Positions 1 through 9,423 of a stretch of DNA of 21,715 nt are shown here, piece by piece. Positions within the stretch are counted from its first letter, which is position 1; each line of letters begins with the position of its first letter. The notes beneath the pieces were generated by a model. The model did no database searches. It was not told the origin of the DNA and was given only the letters and a program-made list of their open reading frames with translations. The DNA comes from Promethearchaeota archaeon. Lineage in GTDB: Archaea; Asgardarchaeota; Lokiarchaeia; Sigyniarchaeales; SOKP01. Location of the stretch: positions 22,931-44,645 of the forward strand of contig JBHLNT010000017.1 in assembly GCA_048941265.1 (NCBI GenBank), read 5' to 3'. The translations under genes and the position numbers were made by a program.

Positions 1-436
1 TGTTTACTTTTATGATGCATCGGATGATAGCTTAATCGGTACAGATTTAGGCGTTTCGAGTGGCGCAACTGCCTCAACAGAATGGACTGGTCTCGCATGG
101 GGCACTTCCTATTCATGGTATGTGATTGTAGACGATGGAATGACTAGCGTAAATTCTCCCGATTGGAACTTCACAACTAACTATGTCCCAAGCATTCCGA
201 TAAATCCAAACCCCTTGGATGCTTCTACCCGAATATTCAATAATCCAATGTTAAGTGTGGAAGTATCAGATGCGGACGGAGATCCGGTGGATGTTTACTT
301 TTATGATGCATCGGATGATAGCTTAATCGGTACAGATTTAGGCGTTTCGAGTGGCGCAACTGCCTCAATAGAATGGACTGGTCTCGCATGGGGCACTTCC
401 TATTCATGGTATGTGATTGTAGACGATGGAATGACT
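1..436 (+). repeat. Intragenic direct repeat, period 291 bp
   Basis: 1..145 matches 292..436 with one mismatch seen (aca/ata). Confidence 0.9.
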
Positions 437-1774
437 CTTATTAATTCCCCTATCTTTTATTTCGTGACCAATTTTGTTCCATTAATAAGTAATCCTTTAC
501 CTCCAGACGGATCCTCTATGATGAGTTTTAATCCTACATTAAGCGTGGATATATCAGATGCGGATGGAGACATAATGGATGTCTATTTCTATGATGCATC
601 GGATGATAGCTTAATCGGTACAGATTTAGGTGTTTCGAGCGGAGGTACTGCTTCTGTTTCCTGGTTGGGGCTTTCAGGCAATACGAATTATCAATGGTAT
701 ACGATCGCTACTGACGGTTTAGCCTCTACCCAGTCTGCCACCTGGTCATTTTCTACTGCTAACAATGCTCCTAATGCTCCAACTAACCCTGTTCCTGCGG
801 ACGGAGCGACTGGTGTATCTGGTAATCCAGTATTAAGCGTGGATGTGTCCGATCTCGATGGAGATTCTATGGATGTTTCCTTTTATGATGCTTCTGACGA
901 TTCCTTAATTGGAACCGATACGGGAGTCTTGAGCGGAGGTACTGCTTCTGTTTCCTGGTTGGGGCTTTCAGGCAATACGAATTATCAATGGTATGCGATC
1001 GCTACTGACGGTTTAGCCTCTATCCAGTCTGCCACCTGGTCATTTTCTACTGCTAACAATGCTCCTAATGCTCCAACTAACCCTGTTCCTGCGGACGGAG
1101 CGACTGGTGTATCTGGTAATCCAGTATTAAGCGTGGATGTGTCCGATCTCGATGGAGATTCTATGGATGTTTCCTTTTATGATGCTTCTGACGATTCCTT
1201 AATTGGAACCGATACGGGAGTCTTGAGCGGAGGTACTGCTTCTGTTTCCTGGTTGGGACTATCGGAGGGTATGACTTATCAATGGTATGCGATCGCTACT
1301 GACGGTTTTACCTCTACCCAGTCTGCCACCTGGTCATTAACTGTCTTAGAGGACACCCCAACTTGGGATGTAATGCCAACCAACCAAACAATACAATATG
1401 GAAATGATTTTAGCTATGATTTAAATGCCTCTGACAGTTCCGGTATCGATAATTGGTGGATCAATGATACCTTAAATTTTGCAATTGGTAATGATGGTAT
1501 GATAACTAATATTGTTATTTTATCTGTGGGTGTTTATTGGTTAGAAGTAAGAGCTTATGATGCTTATGGTCGTTGCTGTAGTGCTATATTTAAGGTCACT
1601 GTAGAGGAAAAGCCTGACGGTGGTGGCGGCGGCGGTGATGGTGGCGGTGGTGGCGGCGGTGATGGTGGTGGAGAAGAAGCAATTCCAGGATATGATTTAT
1701 TGTTTACATTGGCTCTGATAGCAATTATGTCATTGATATTAATCAGAAAAAAAAATAAAGTCTTCTCATACTAA
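2..1774 (+). CDS. Cell-surface repeat protein, 5'-truncated by the window edge: ~97-98 aa Ig/FN3/cadherin-like repeats, Gly-rich linker, C-terminal Loki-CTERM/PGF-CTERM-like anchor
   Basis: The frame is open from position 2 (VYFYDASDD...), so the track start at 122 is not the real start. Repeated SVDVSDxDGDxMDVxFYDASDDSLIGTD...YxWY units. Ends IPGY + hydrophobic helix + RKKNK. Confidence 0.85.
   Translation, partial: VYFYDASDDSLIGTDLGVSSGATASTEWTGLAWGTSYSWYVIVDDGMTSVNSPDWNFTTNYVPSIPINPNPLDASTRIFNNPMLSVEVSDADGDPVDVYFYDASDDSLIGTDLGVSSGATASIEWTGLAWGTSYSWYVIVDDGMTLINSPIFYFVTNFVPLISNPLPPDGSSMMSFNPTLSVDISDADGDIMDVYFYDASDDSLIGTDLGVSSGGTASVSWLGLSGNTNYQWYTIATDGLASTQSATWSFSTANNAPNAPTNPVPADGATGVSGNPVLSVDVSDLDGDSMDVSFYDASDDSLIGTDTGVLSGGTASVSWLGLSGNTNYQWYAIATDGLASIQSATWSFSTANNAPNAPTNPVPADGATGVSGNPVLSVDVSDLDGDSMDVSFYDASDDSLIGTDTGVLSGGTASVSWLGLSEGMTYQWYAIATDGFTSTQSATWSLTVLEDTPTWDVMPTNQTIQYGNDFSYDLNASDSSGIDNWWINDTLNFAIGNDGMITNIVILSVGVYWLEVRAYDAYGRCCSAIFKVTVEEKPDGGGGGGDGGGGGGGDGGGEEAIPGYDLLFTLALIAIMSLILIRKKNKVFSY
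637..1339 (+). repeat. Intragenic near-perfect tandem repeat, period 294 bp (98 aa)
   Basis: gagcggaggtactgc starts at 637, 931 and 1225. 637..963 is nearly identical to 931..1257, with two substitutions seen. Confidence 0.9.
1616..1672 (+). repeat. GGN low-complexity tract encoding a D-G6-D-G7-D-G3 linker
   Basis: gacggtggtggcggcggcggtgatggtggc... directly before the sorting signal. Confidence 0.85.
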
Positions 1775-2292
1775 ATCTAAAATTATGTATTTTAATAATT
1801 AAAAAACTCTTTTTTTTTATATATTGGTCTTTATTATCAATAGAAATCTCTTTAATAAGTTTTTCAATATTAAAAATTGGGAGATTAATTCTTGAGCTTG
1901 ATTAAATCTTGTCACATTTTGAAAGTAGTTTATATTATTTCTTTTTTTTTTAGCTGCATATTTTTTAATTTATGTAGAAATCGAGTTCTAATATATTAAA
2001 TTATATTATTTTATTATAATATAAATTAGGGAAGAAGATAAAATGAATCATAATGAATTTAAAATTAATTATATTCATTTAAAAAATAATAATTAAAATC
2101 AAGTTCCAACCTATAATTCATTTAATGATTTATGGGTGCATTTATATTGTTACTCAATAAATCCTTTTTATTATAATGTTCCACCACATTGATATATTAT
2201 AAAAAAAATAAAAAAAAAATTTTTGAAATTGTAATAACCATCAAAATTACGAAAAACTTTATTTTAAAATTTTTTATTTCTACTTGAAGTGA

Positions 2293-3237
2293 ATGCATAT
2301 GCAAAATATATTGGCTATACGGGACTTAGTGAAAAAATATGGATCGTTTCTCGCTCTTGATAGCTTTTCTTGCGATATTCCGAAAGGGGTTACTGGCTTA
2401 TTAGGTCCCAATGGCGCAGGAAAAACTACTTTTCTTCGAGCAGTTCTCGGTATTCATCCATTTGAGAGTGGTGCAATCAAATTCCTCGACTATGAGCTTC
2501 CTAAGGACTTGTTAGCTGTAAAAGATAAAATAGGTTATCAACCAGAAGTTGATACTAGGATTTTGAAAACTTCTGCGATGCTTTATGTTACTCATATGGG
2601 TACTATGGCCGGTTTATCCCGAAATACAGCAAAACAAAGAGCATTTGATACTTTACATTATGTGGGGTTAGGTGAGGCGCGATATAGAGACATGAATACA
2701 TTCTCACAGGGAATGATGCAAAAGGTAAAACTTGCTACGGCTTTAGTCCATGATCCGTTACTTTTACTCCTAGACGAGCCTACAGCTGGTTGTGACCCTG
2801 AATCTCATGAGCAAATCCTTGATCTGATTTCTGATCTTGGAAATAACCATCAAAAAAATATTTTAATTTCGACTCATTTACTCCCTGACATTGAAAGAAC
2901 TGCAAGTTATGTTATCGTAATGAATCAAGGAAAAAAAGTTATGCAAGGAACTTTAAAGAAAATATTACAAAAAGATGACAAAATAATTAATTTGCAAGTT
3001 CGTGTAAATGGGGATCATAATAAATTCGCTCAGCTTTTGCAAAATAATGGATTTGAGGTAATAAATGCTGCCGAGATTATCTCCTTCAATATTGAACGAG
3101 ATGATTACAAAAAATATTTATTAATTTTTAAATTAGCTCGAAATAATGGAATGAATATTAGAATGATGAGCAGTTACCGCCAGTCTTTAGAAGAAGTATT
3201 TCTCAATGAGATCGCAAAAAATCAAATGGAGGGCTAA
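2293..3237 (+). CDS. ABC-2 type exporter ATP-binding subunit
   Basis: Walker A GPNGAGKT, signature FSQGM, Walker B LLLLDEP, H-loop STH. Confidence 0.93.
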   Translation: MHMQNILAIRDLVKKYGSFLALDSFSCDIPKGVTGLLGPNGAGKTTFLRAVLGIHPFESGAIKFLDYELPKDLLAVKDKIGYQPEVDTRILKTSAMLYVTHMGTMAGLSRNTAKQRAFDTLHYVGLGEARYRDMNTFSQGMMQKVKLATALVHDPLLLLLDEPTAGCDPESHEQILDLISDLGNNHQKNILISTHLLPDIERTASYVIVMNQGKKVMQGTLKKILQKDDKIINLQVRVNGDHNKFAQLLQNNGFEVINAAEIISFNIERDDYKKYLLIFKLARNNGMNIRMMSSYRQSLEEVFLNEIAKNQMEG

Positions 3238-3239
3238 AA

Positions 3240-4241
3240 ATGACAGAAGACCAAAATGATCCAATATCACCTGATTATCTACAAAAATTTACGTATCGAT
3301 TATATGATGGTAAATTTCAACCTAGATGGATGCGAGTTTTATATTTAATTCGTTTTGAATTGATATCAACTTGGCGTAAAAGTAAATTTGCTAAATATTT
3401 GATGGTAGTAATCCTTGTTTTTAGCTTTTTTTCAATATTAGGTGCTGCAAGGTTAAGATCAATAGAAATTGAGGATGGAGAGGGGAAAGTTGTGGTACGG
3501 GATGCGTTAAACGAATCTATTGCTAGTTACTTCGCAATAAATCTTTCATTTATTCTTTCAAATCCTGATGGCATCACCTATGGTTTAGGCAGAGGATTAG
3601 GCATGTTGTTGTTAATTGTCATAGGACTCGCAGGTTCTGGGTTTTTTGCTGATGATAAATATGGGAAAGTAATTGAAATCTATTTATCTAGATTAGAAAA
3701 GAGAGAATATCTCGTTGGAAAGGTTGGAGCAATTGTGATTTATATTAACATATTTGTCCTCATCCCACTAATTATAACGGGGGTTCTTTTTGTGCAATCA
3801 TTGGAAAAAGATCACGAAAAGTTTATAGACTTTTATACGGGTATTATTTTATATTCGGTACTGTGCTCAATAATACTTGGCTTATTTATTCTCGTTCTAT
3901 CAATTTTTGTTGAAAAGCGAGCCTATGCTAGCCTAATTTTTTTCTTGGTTTTTCTTTTTGGTAACATTATAGGAATAGCGATTGTATATGATAACTTGGA
4001 TAACGAGTTTTTATTACTTGTCTCTCCAACCAATTTCTTGGTTTTATTAGCCTATGTTTGTTTAGGTGATTATGATTTAGGTGTATGGGATGCGAAAAAG
4101 GAAAAATATATCGGACTTAATCTTAATAATGGTATAGGTTTAGAATATTGGCATGTATTTCTTCAAGCATTTTTGTTAATTTTAGTTTTTAGTTTAATCT
4201 TAGCCTATAAAATATGGAAAACGACAACAGAGGAATTATAA
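3240..4241 (+). CDS. ABC-2 type permease
   Basis: About 6 hydrophobic helices and a D-x5-IEIYLSR motif. Lies between two ABC ATPases with 2 nt and 0 nt gaps. Confidence 0.8.
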   Translation: MTEDQNDPISPDYLQKFTYRLYDGKFQPRWMRVLYLIRFELISTWRKSKFAKYLMVVILVFSFFSILGAARLRSIEIEDGEGKVVVRDALNESIASYFAINLSFILSNPDGITYGLGRGLGMLLLIVIGLAGSGFFADDKYGKVIEIYLSRLEKREYLVGKVGAIVIYINIFVLIPLIITGVLFVQSLEKDHEKFIDFYTGIILYSVLCSIILGLFILVLSIFVEKRAYASLIFFLVFLFGNIIGIAIVYDNLDNEFLLLVSPTNFLVLLAYVCLGDYDLGVWDAKKEKYIGLNLNNGIGLEYWHVFLQAFLLILVFSLILAYKIWKTTTEEL

Positions 4242-5213
4242 ATGAGTAAAACTTCAAATAAATTAGATATCATTGCTAAACTCGACAATGTAACAAAATC
4301 ATTTGGAGAGGTTGTTGCTGTTAGCGATGCTTCATTTTCTATCGAAAAGGGAAAAATAACGGGCTTCCTTGGACCAAATGGTGCGGGAAAAACAACTTCA
4401 ATTAAAATGATATTGGGATTAATCAGACCACAGAAAGGAAGAGTCACCTTATTTGGTAAAGATCCCTTTTATAACTCCAGGATAAAGCAACATATAGGAT
4501 ATATCCCCGAAGTAGAGGCTTTTCCTAAATGGATGAAAGCACGAGATTATTTCTATTGGCTTGGGCGCTTTCAACTTACAAAAAAGGAAGCATTTCGACG
4601 CACAAACGAGGTATTAGATGAGATTGGATTGAACGATGTAGCAAATAAACGCATCAGGAAATTTAGCAAGGGAATGAAGCAACGAATGAAGATTGGGCAA
4701 TCATTACTTCATAAACCTGCGCTAGTAATCGGGGATGAGCCTTTTAATGGTTTGGATCCAGTTGTAAGAAGAAAAATGTATGAATTATTTAAGGACTATG
4801 CTCGAAAGTATAATTCCACGTTTTTCATATCGTCGCATATACTTTTTGAAATAGAAAAGCTTTCTGAGACGGTTATCTTGATGTATAAAGGGAGGACTAT
4901 TGCTCAAGGTACACCAATTCGCATTCGAGAGATGATCGAAGATCAACCACACTCCATTCAAATTACTGTAAAAGATTCAAAAAAATTATCTACATTACTT
5001 ATCAATAATGCCAATGAAGGCGTTGTTTCACAAATTCAATTTCAAAAAGATGTCCGTTCAAACGAAGATCAACTCGTAGTTTTAACAAACAAACCTCGAG
5101 AATTTTATAGCTTAGTAACGGATCTCGTCTGCGATCACGAAATTCCAATATTAGAGATAAAGGCTACTGATGAGGGGCTTCAGAACTTATATAAATCCCT
5201 AACAATAGGATAA
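4242..5213 (+). CDS. ABC-2 type exporter ATP-binding subunit
   Basis: GPNGAGKT, FSKGM, IGDEP, SSH. ATG directly abuts the previous TAA. Confidence 0.93.
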   Translation: MSKTSNKLDIIAKLDNVTKSFGEVVAVSDASFSIEKGKITGFLGPNGAGKTTSIKMILGLIRPQKGRVTLFGKDPFYNSRIKQHIGYIPEVEAFPKWMKARDYFYWLGRFQLTKKEAFRRTNEVLDEIGLNDVANKRIRKFSKGMKQRMKIGQSLLHKPALVIGDEPFNGLDPVVRRKMYELFKDYARKYNSTFFISSHILFEIEKLSETVILMYKGRTIAQGTPIRIREMIEDQPHSIQITVKDSKKLSTLLINNANEGVVSQIQFQKDVRSNEDQLVVLTNKPREFYSLVTDLVCDHEIPILEIKATDEGLQNLYKSLTIG

Positions 5214-5224
5214 AAGGTGATATT

Positions 5225-6079
5225 ATGACTAATATAGAAGAAAAAATTAACTCAACTCAATACATTGAAGATACAATTCGCGCTAAAAGTATAAAAGAAA
5301 TAGTGTTTGATCAACAAGAAAAATTGATCGTTAGCGTTAAAATTGGCTTCAAAACATTTATTAACAGTAAAAAATGGTTAATTTATCTGTTATTAGCTTT
5401 CATGTGGATTCCTGTTATAATAATCATTGAAGATTATGATCTACAAATCGAAAAACCAGATGAAGCATTCGTTAGCGCAATGCTTGATGGTTTGTTTCCT
5501 ACGATATTCATATTTGGCTGCCTACTACTTAGCCTTCCTCTCAGCGCGGACGAAATCTCAGATCATTCTATAGAACTCTATCTCGTTAGACCAATCAAAC
5601 GAGAAGTTTATTGGTTAAGTAGATGGATTGTTGTAAATGTTGCGGTTTATTGCGTAAATATTATAATATATATCGTCTATTATTTGTTTGTCCATGCATT
5701 CGCAGAAGAGGGAGTGTTTGCAGGTGTAGAAGAGAATCTTCTTGTGTTTGGAAAGGTTGCGATTATACTCCTTCTGGCTACCTTAATTTATTCTGGAAGT
5801 TTTCTCTTGGTAGGAATGATAGGTAATCGGGGTTTGCTTCTAAGTTTCATGTTAGCGATATTTGAGTTATTCCTTATTCAATTCTTTTTCCTTAGTAAAA
5901 ATCCCTATATTCCACAAAATAATATATATGAAATCGCAAACGATTTATTACCAAATTACGTTGATTTTGACACGCCAGATGATTTAACATTACAAAACGC
6001 GTGGATATATGTAACTATATTTCCAATCGTAGTATTCTTTGCAGGTGCTTTTTATCTTAGAATGCGAGAGATTAAATAG
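5225..6079 (+). CDS. ABC-2 type permease
   Basis: About 6 TM helices, DEISDHSIELYLVRPIKR motif typical of ABC-2 permeases, aaggtga RBS upstream. Confidence 0.82.
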   Translation: MTNIEEKINSTQYIEDTIRAKSIKEIVFDQQEKLIVSVKIGFKTFINSKKWLIYLLLAFMWIPVIIIIEDYDLQIEKPDEAFVSAMLDGLFPTIFIFGCLLLSLPLSADEISDHSIELYLVRPIKREVYWLSRWIVVNVAVYCVNIIIYIVYYLFVHAFAEEGVFAGVEENLLVFGKVAIILLLATLIYSGSFLLVGMIGNRGLLLSFMLAIFELFLIQFFFLSKNPYIPQNNIYEIANDLLPNYVDFDTPDDLTLQNAWIYVTIFPIVVFFAGAFYLRMREIK

Positions 6080-6165
6080 ATGAAATTAAAAAGTAAAATA
6101 AATAATTTTTTATTTTTATTCTTAAAACTTTTACAGGATGTTATTAAAGAATAGAAGATTTTATA

Positions 6166-6540
6166 TTATTTTATCATAGCTATTGCTTCTATTTCAACAA
6201 GCATTCCAGCAGCAGGTAAATTTGCCACCTCGACAGTAGTCCTCGTAGGAAAATTTTCTGACACACCGTTGTCTTCGAAAAACTTCTTATAGGTTCTGTT
6301 CATTTTTCCAAAATCTTTTATATCTTTCAAAAATACTGTTGTTTTTACGATATTTGCGACCTTTAAACCTGCGGCTTCGACAATTGTTTTAATATTTTCT
6401 AAAACAGTTCGAGTTTGATCTTTAATATTGTCCATCCCCGCAGCGGGACCTTGCCCTGAGACAAAAAGTAAATTTCCAGTTTTAACACCTGGAGTATAAG
6501 GACCTGCTACAGGAGTACCTGGTCTTATATATTCAGCCAT
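6166..6540 (-). CDS. ridA: RidA/YjgF/UK114 family enamine/imine deaminase
   Basis: GPYT, LFVSGQ, PTRTTVEV (catalytic Arg), VEIEAIA. Confidence 0.9.
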   Translation of the reverse strand: MAEYIRPGTPVAGPYTPGVKTGNLLFVSGQGPAAGMDNIKDQTRTVLENIKTIVEAAGLKVANIVKTTVFLKDIKDFGKMNRTYKKFFEDNGVSENFPTRTTVEVANLPAAGMLVEIEAIAMIK

Positions 6541-6563
6541 ATTTTAGTTTACACCTCTTTATT

Positions 6564-7643
6564 TTAATAATTTTTACCTCTTGCTAATATTTCCCATTTC
6601 CCGATATATTCATTATCTTTTATAACATGTATGTAATCGTGTAAATTTATGGAAGTACATATATGGGCGGGAATAAATTCGATCTTTTGTCCTATTTCTA
6701 AATCATCTGCTCCTATTGCTTTAAATTGGGTATGTTCCTCATTCATAACCCTAATTTTAGATTTGGGAAACTCTTTAAAAACGGGTTTACCGTCTCCAGT
6801 GGCAATTGCTTTAGCCCCCGCATCGGTGGTAAATTCTTTTTTCCCCGTCTGATTTTGTATTGTCCCTAATATTGTAACAGCAAATTCAAAATCAGGATTT
6901 ACCATATGCAAATGTTCATCAGAAAATATGTATGTTCCAGGGCGTATTTCGGTAATCCCTTCATATTTAGCAGCATACATATAAGTTCCGGAGCCTGCTG
7001 TTGAGATATGATTTATATTAAATCCATTTTTATTCAATAAGTCTCTCGTATCGACAATTTTTTTGTAGCATTCATTAGCCATGAGTTCTTTTTGTTCCAA
7101 ATTCATCATCGGAGTCAAGTGACCTTCATAACCAAATAATCCTACAAGCTTTAGGCGATCCGTATTTTTAATAAGATTTGCCATCTCAAGAGCAGGTTCG
7201 CCGGGTTCTACACCAGATCTACCTAATCCTAAATTCATATCTAGAAGAACCTCCAACTGGGTATTATTTTTTACAGCAATTTTACTTAAATCCATTATAT
7301 TTTTCTTCGAATCAACAGCACATCTGATCTGGATATATTTACTTAATTTTGCTAATCTGTCTATGTGAGTGGGATCAATAACTTGATTTGCTATGAATAT
7401 ATCATCAATGCCACTTTGAGCAAAAATTTCAGCTTCTCCGACTTTTGCCACAGTGATCCCTTTACATCCCGCCTTTAGCTGCATGTGAGCAATAATAGGG
7501 CATTTATGCGTTTTGACGTGTGGTCTATGATTCACGTTGTTTTCTCGTGCGAATTTTGCCATTGTTTCAATATTCTTTTGCATGATGTTATAATTCAACA
7601 CAAGAGCAGGGGTTGGGATCTCATCTTTCCAACCATCATCCAT
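6564..7643 (-). CDS. DSD1 / D-threonine aldolase-like fold-type III PLP enzyme
   Basis: TPAL, RPHVKTHK (PLP Lys), GYEGH, EIRPGTY, EEH and a C-terminal PAHIC metal motif. Start placed at ATG 7643 (MDDGW), preceded by AAGGAG on the minus strand, rather than 7709. Confidence 0.88.
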   Translation of the reverse strand: MDDGWKDEIPTPALVLNYNIMQKNIETMAKFARENNVNHRPHVKTHKCPIIAHMQLKAGCKGITVAKVGEAEIFAQSGIDDIFIANQVIDPTHIDRLAKLSKYIQIRCAVDSKKNIMDLSKIAVKNNTQLEVLLDMNLGLGRSGVEPGEPALEMANLIKNTDRLKLVGLFGYEGHLTPMMNLEQKELMANECYKKIVDTRDLLNKNGFNINHISTAGSGTYMYAAKYEGITEIRPGTYIFSDEHLHMVNPDFEFAVTILGTIQNQTGKKEFTTDAGAKAIATGDGKPVFKEFPKSKIRVMNEEHTQFKAIGADDLEIGQKIEFIPAHICTSINLHDYIHVIKDNEYIGKWEILARGKNY

Positions 7644-7753
7644 GAGTTTTAACTCCTTGTAGAAATTCGAATTTAATAATTTTAAAAAAGCAAAATAATA
7701 ATTAAACATTTATTAATGTAAAATCGAATAATCTTATTATTAATTCTTAGACA

Positions 7754-8211
7754 TTGTTGGACCAAATGGACAAATCAAAAACCACCCCTTACAATTCAAA
7801 TAAAACCAATGAATCAGAAGCAATAAAATATTCATTTTCTATTCATTTATCTTATGGACTCGTCGGATTTCTTATTCACTTTATAGCTACTGCCTTGGCA
7901 GAAAGAATCATTTTTATCTATGAGAATGTATTAATGCTTGATATTGTCCTAATTGGGATTGTTTTTGTTATTTTTGGTTTCTGGAATATGATAAACGATC
8001 CATTAATAGATTATTAGTTCATACTCTAACTTTTTATAAACTAGGGGCGAAAAGTCAAGCTCCTTTAGCCATAATAGGAATTCGAATTTTGATGGCCGGA
8101 ATCCCCATGGTCTTTTACTTTATTGCTTTCCTTGTTTTGTGATTATTTTATGACCTGACACCTGATAGAGTACAATTAAACCAAAGTCTGCTTAGAGAAA
8201 GAGGATTATAG
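7754..8211 (+). pseudogene. MFS (GPH/MFS_2 sugar-cation symporter-like) transporter pseudogene with a large internal deletion
   Basis: N-terminal ORF ends FWNMINDPLIDY* at 8017. A shifted frame 8017..8211 reads VHTLTFYKLGAKSQAPLAIIGIRILMAGIPMVFYFIAFLVL*LFYDLTPDRVQLNQSLLRERGL*, which looks like the last helix and tail, with an in-frame TGA at 8140. Confidence 0.8.
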
Positions 8212-8257
8212 TAAAATAATCAGTAAAAAGAAAAAAAATTAGAAGAAATTACAAGTA

Positions 8258-8971
8258 TTATTTTTCGATCTGCCTTCCTACTCCGTAATACAATAAAAAC
8301 GCCGTAGCGTATAGACTTAGACCTGATATTGATGTCATTAATCTAAATGTTGGATCGTTTAAATAATTCGAAATAGAAGATATATAGAGAATGGTAAAGT
8401 ATCCTAATATAGCCAAAATATAAAAGAGCCATTTCCTTTTTATAATTTCATCTTCAAATTTTTTATAAACCTGTATCGAATAATAGAGCGTTGGTATGAT
8501 ACACCCACTGATAACGATGAGAGCATACACTAAAAATGCTAATGACCAAACGGGTCTCCAATTTGTAGAAGCGTCAATTGTTATTCCACCATACCATCCA
8601 ATTGGCGCTAATCCGAGCAAAAAGCCCCCGTAGATTACTGCGATAAGGTTATGTTTTTTTATAGTAAATACTCTTTCTGATTTTAAAACAATTAGAGTAA
8701 ATATCAGCAAATATACAATGGCAAAACAAAATAAGTAGTATGTTATAAAATGTAAAATTTTAACTAAAGGATTTACATAAAGCGAAACATAAACAACATT
8801 TATAATAGTCGCAGAAGCAGATAAGAGATAAAATGTACTAAAAAGCTGATTTAACCGTTTAGTACTCCTTCTCAGAATTATTAGACCGAAGATAATATAA
8901 ATAATTCCCATTCCCAGCTGGACAACATAAATCTGGATAAATCTTGCTGTATCGACTTGACAAAGTACCAT
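8258..8971 (-). CDS. Stand-alone 7-TM membrane protein (HisKA_7TM-like sensor module, no output domain)
   Basis: Seven hydrophobic segments counted by eye in 237 aa, basic loops after TM1/3/5, WRPVW in the TM4-5 loop. Confidence 0.65.
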   Translation of the reverse strand: MVLCQVDTARFIQIYVVQLGMGIIYIIFGLIILRRSTKRLNQLFSTFYLLSASATIINVVYVSLYVNPLVKILHFITYYLFCFAIVYLLIFTLIVLKSERVFTIKKHNLIAVIYGGFLLGLAPIGWYGGITIDASTNWRPVWSLAFLVYALIVISGCIIPTLYYSIQVYKKFEDEIIKRKWLFYILAILGYFTILYISSISNYLNDPTFRLMTSISGLSLYATAFLLYYGVGRQIEK

Positions 8972-9423
8972 AATATGAATCCCTATATTTGTTGTTATTA
9001 TAAAGGTAATTATAAAGTAATTAGATATAGGAGTATAAATATATCTTCCAATAAAAATACTAAATAATTCTTGTAAATTTCTTTAAAGTTTTTATAATAG
9101 CAAAATTGTTATAATCCGTTTAGAGGACTCTATTTCGAGTTCCAAACAGAAATCTCACAACTCATAACTTATTGGTTAAATTTAATTTTTTTGAATAAAA
9201 TTTCAAGAATTTCAATATAAATATCATATTTAGTTAAATCTTTAAGATAATCTAAGCTAATTGAATAACATAATTACAATTTATAGCCATAACTAAAACG
9301 TAAGAAAAATAAAAGATAAATTTAAATTCAAACTTAGTTTTATTTATTCTAAAAATCATAATGTTTTAAAAATCTCATATTTTAACAATTTGTATTATTA
9401 ATCCCCTATATAGAGTAGAACTG

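Noticed and set aside
1-1339. Near-identical repeats as CRISPR array or DGR template/variable repeats
   Set aside because: Repeats are ~290 bp, in frame and coding, with no spacers. The few differences are not adenine-specific and no reverse transcriptase is in the window.
1775-2292. Long intergenic gaps (also 8972..9423) as possible ncRNA or IS remnants
   Set aside because: Very AT-rich, with no tRNA-like fold, terminal inverted repeats or transposase fragment that I could recognise.
4205-4447. 80-aa minus-strand ORF
   Set aside because: Antisense shadow of the ABC ATPase Walker A region.
5623-5826. Cys/Arg-rich 67-aa ORF resembling a Cys-rich peptide
   Set aside because: Alternate frame entirely inside the permease gene; its composition follows from the hydrophobic codons of the real frame.
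6649-6852. 67-aa plus-strand ORF
   Set aside because: Antisense to the DSD1-like gene, no motifs.
7644-7709. 22-aa N-terminal extension of the DSD1-like ORF in the track
   Set aside because: AT-rich non-conserved-looking sequence containing the AAGGAG RBS for ATG 7643.
8140-8142. In-frame TGA as selenocysteine or recoding
   Set aside because: It lies in a frameshifted, deleted MFS remnant in a membrane-boundary context better explained by a Trp-to-stop change; no SECIS-like hairpin recognised.
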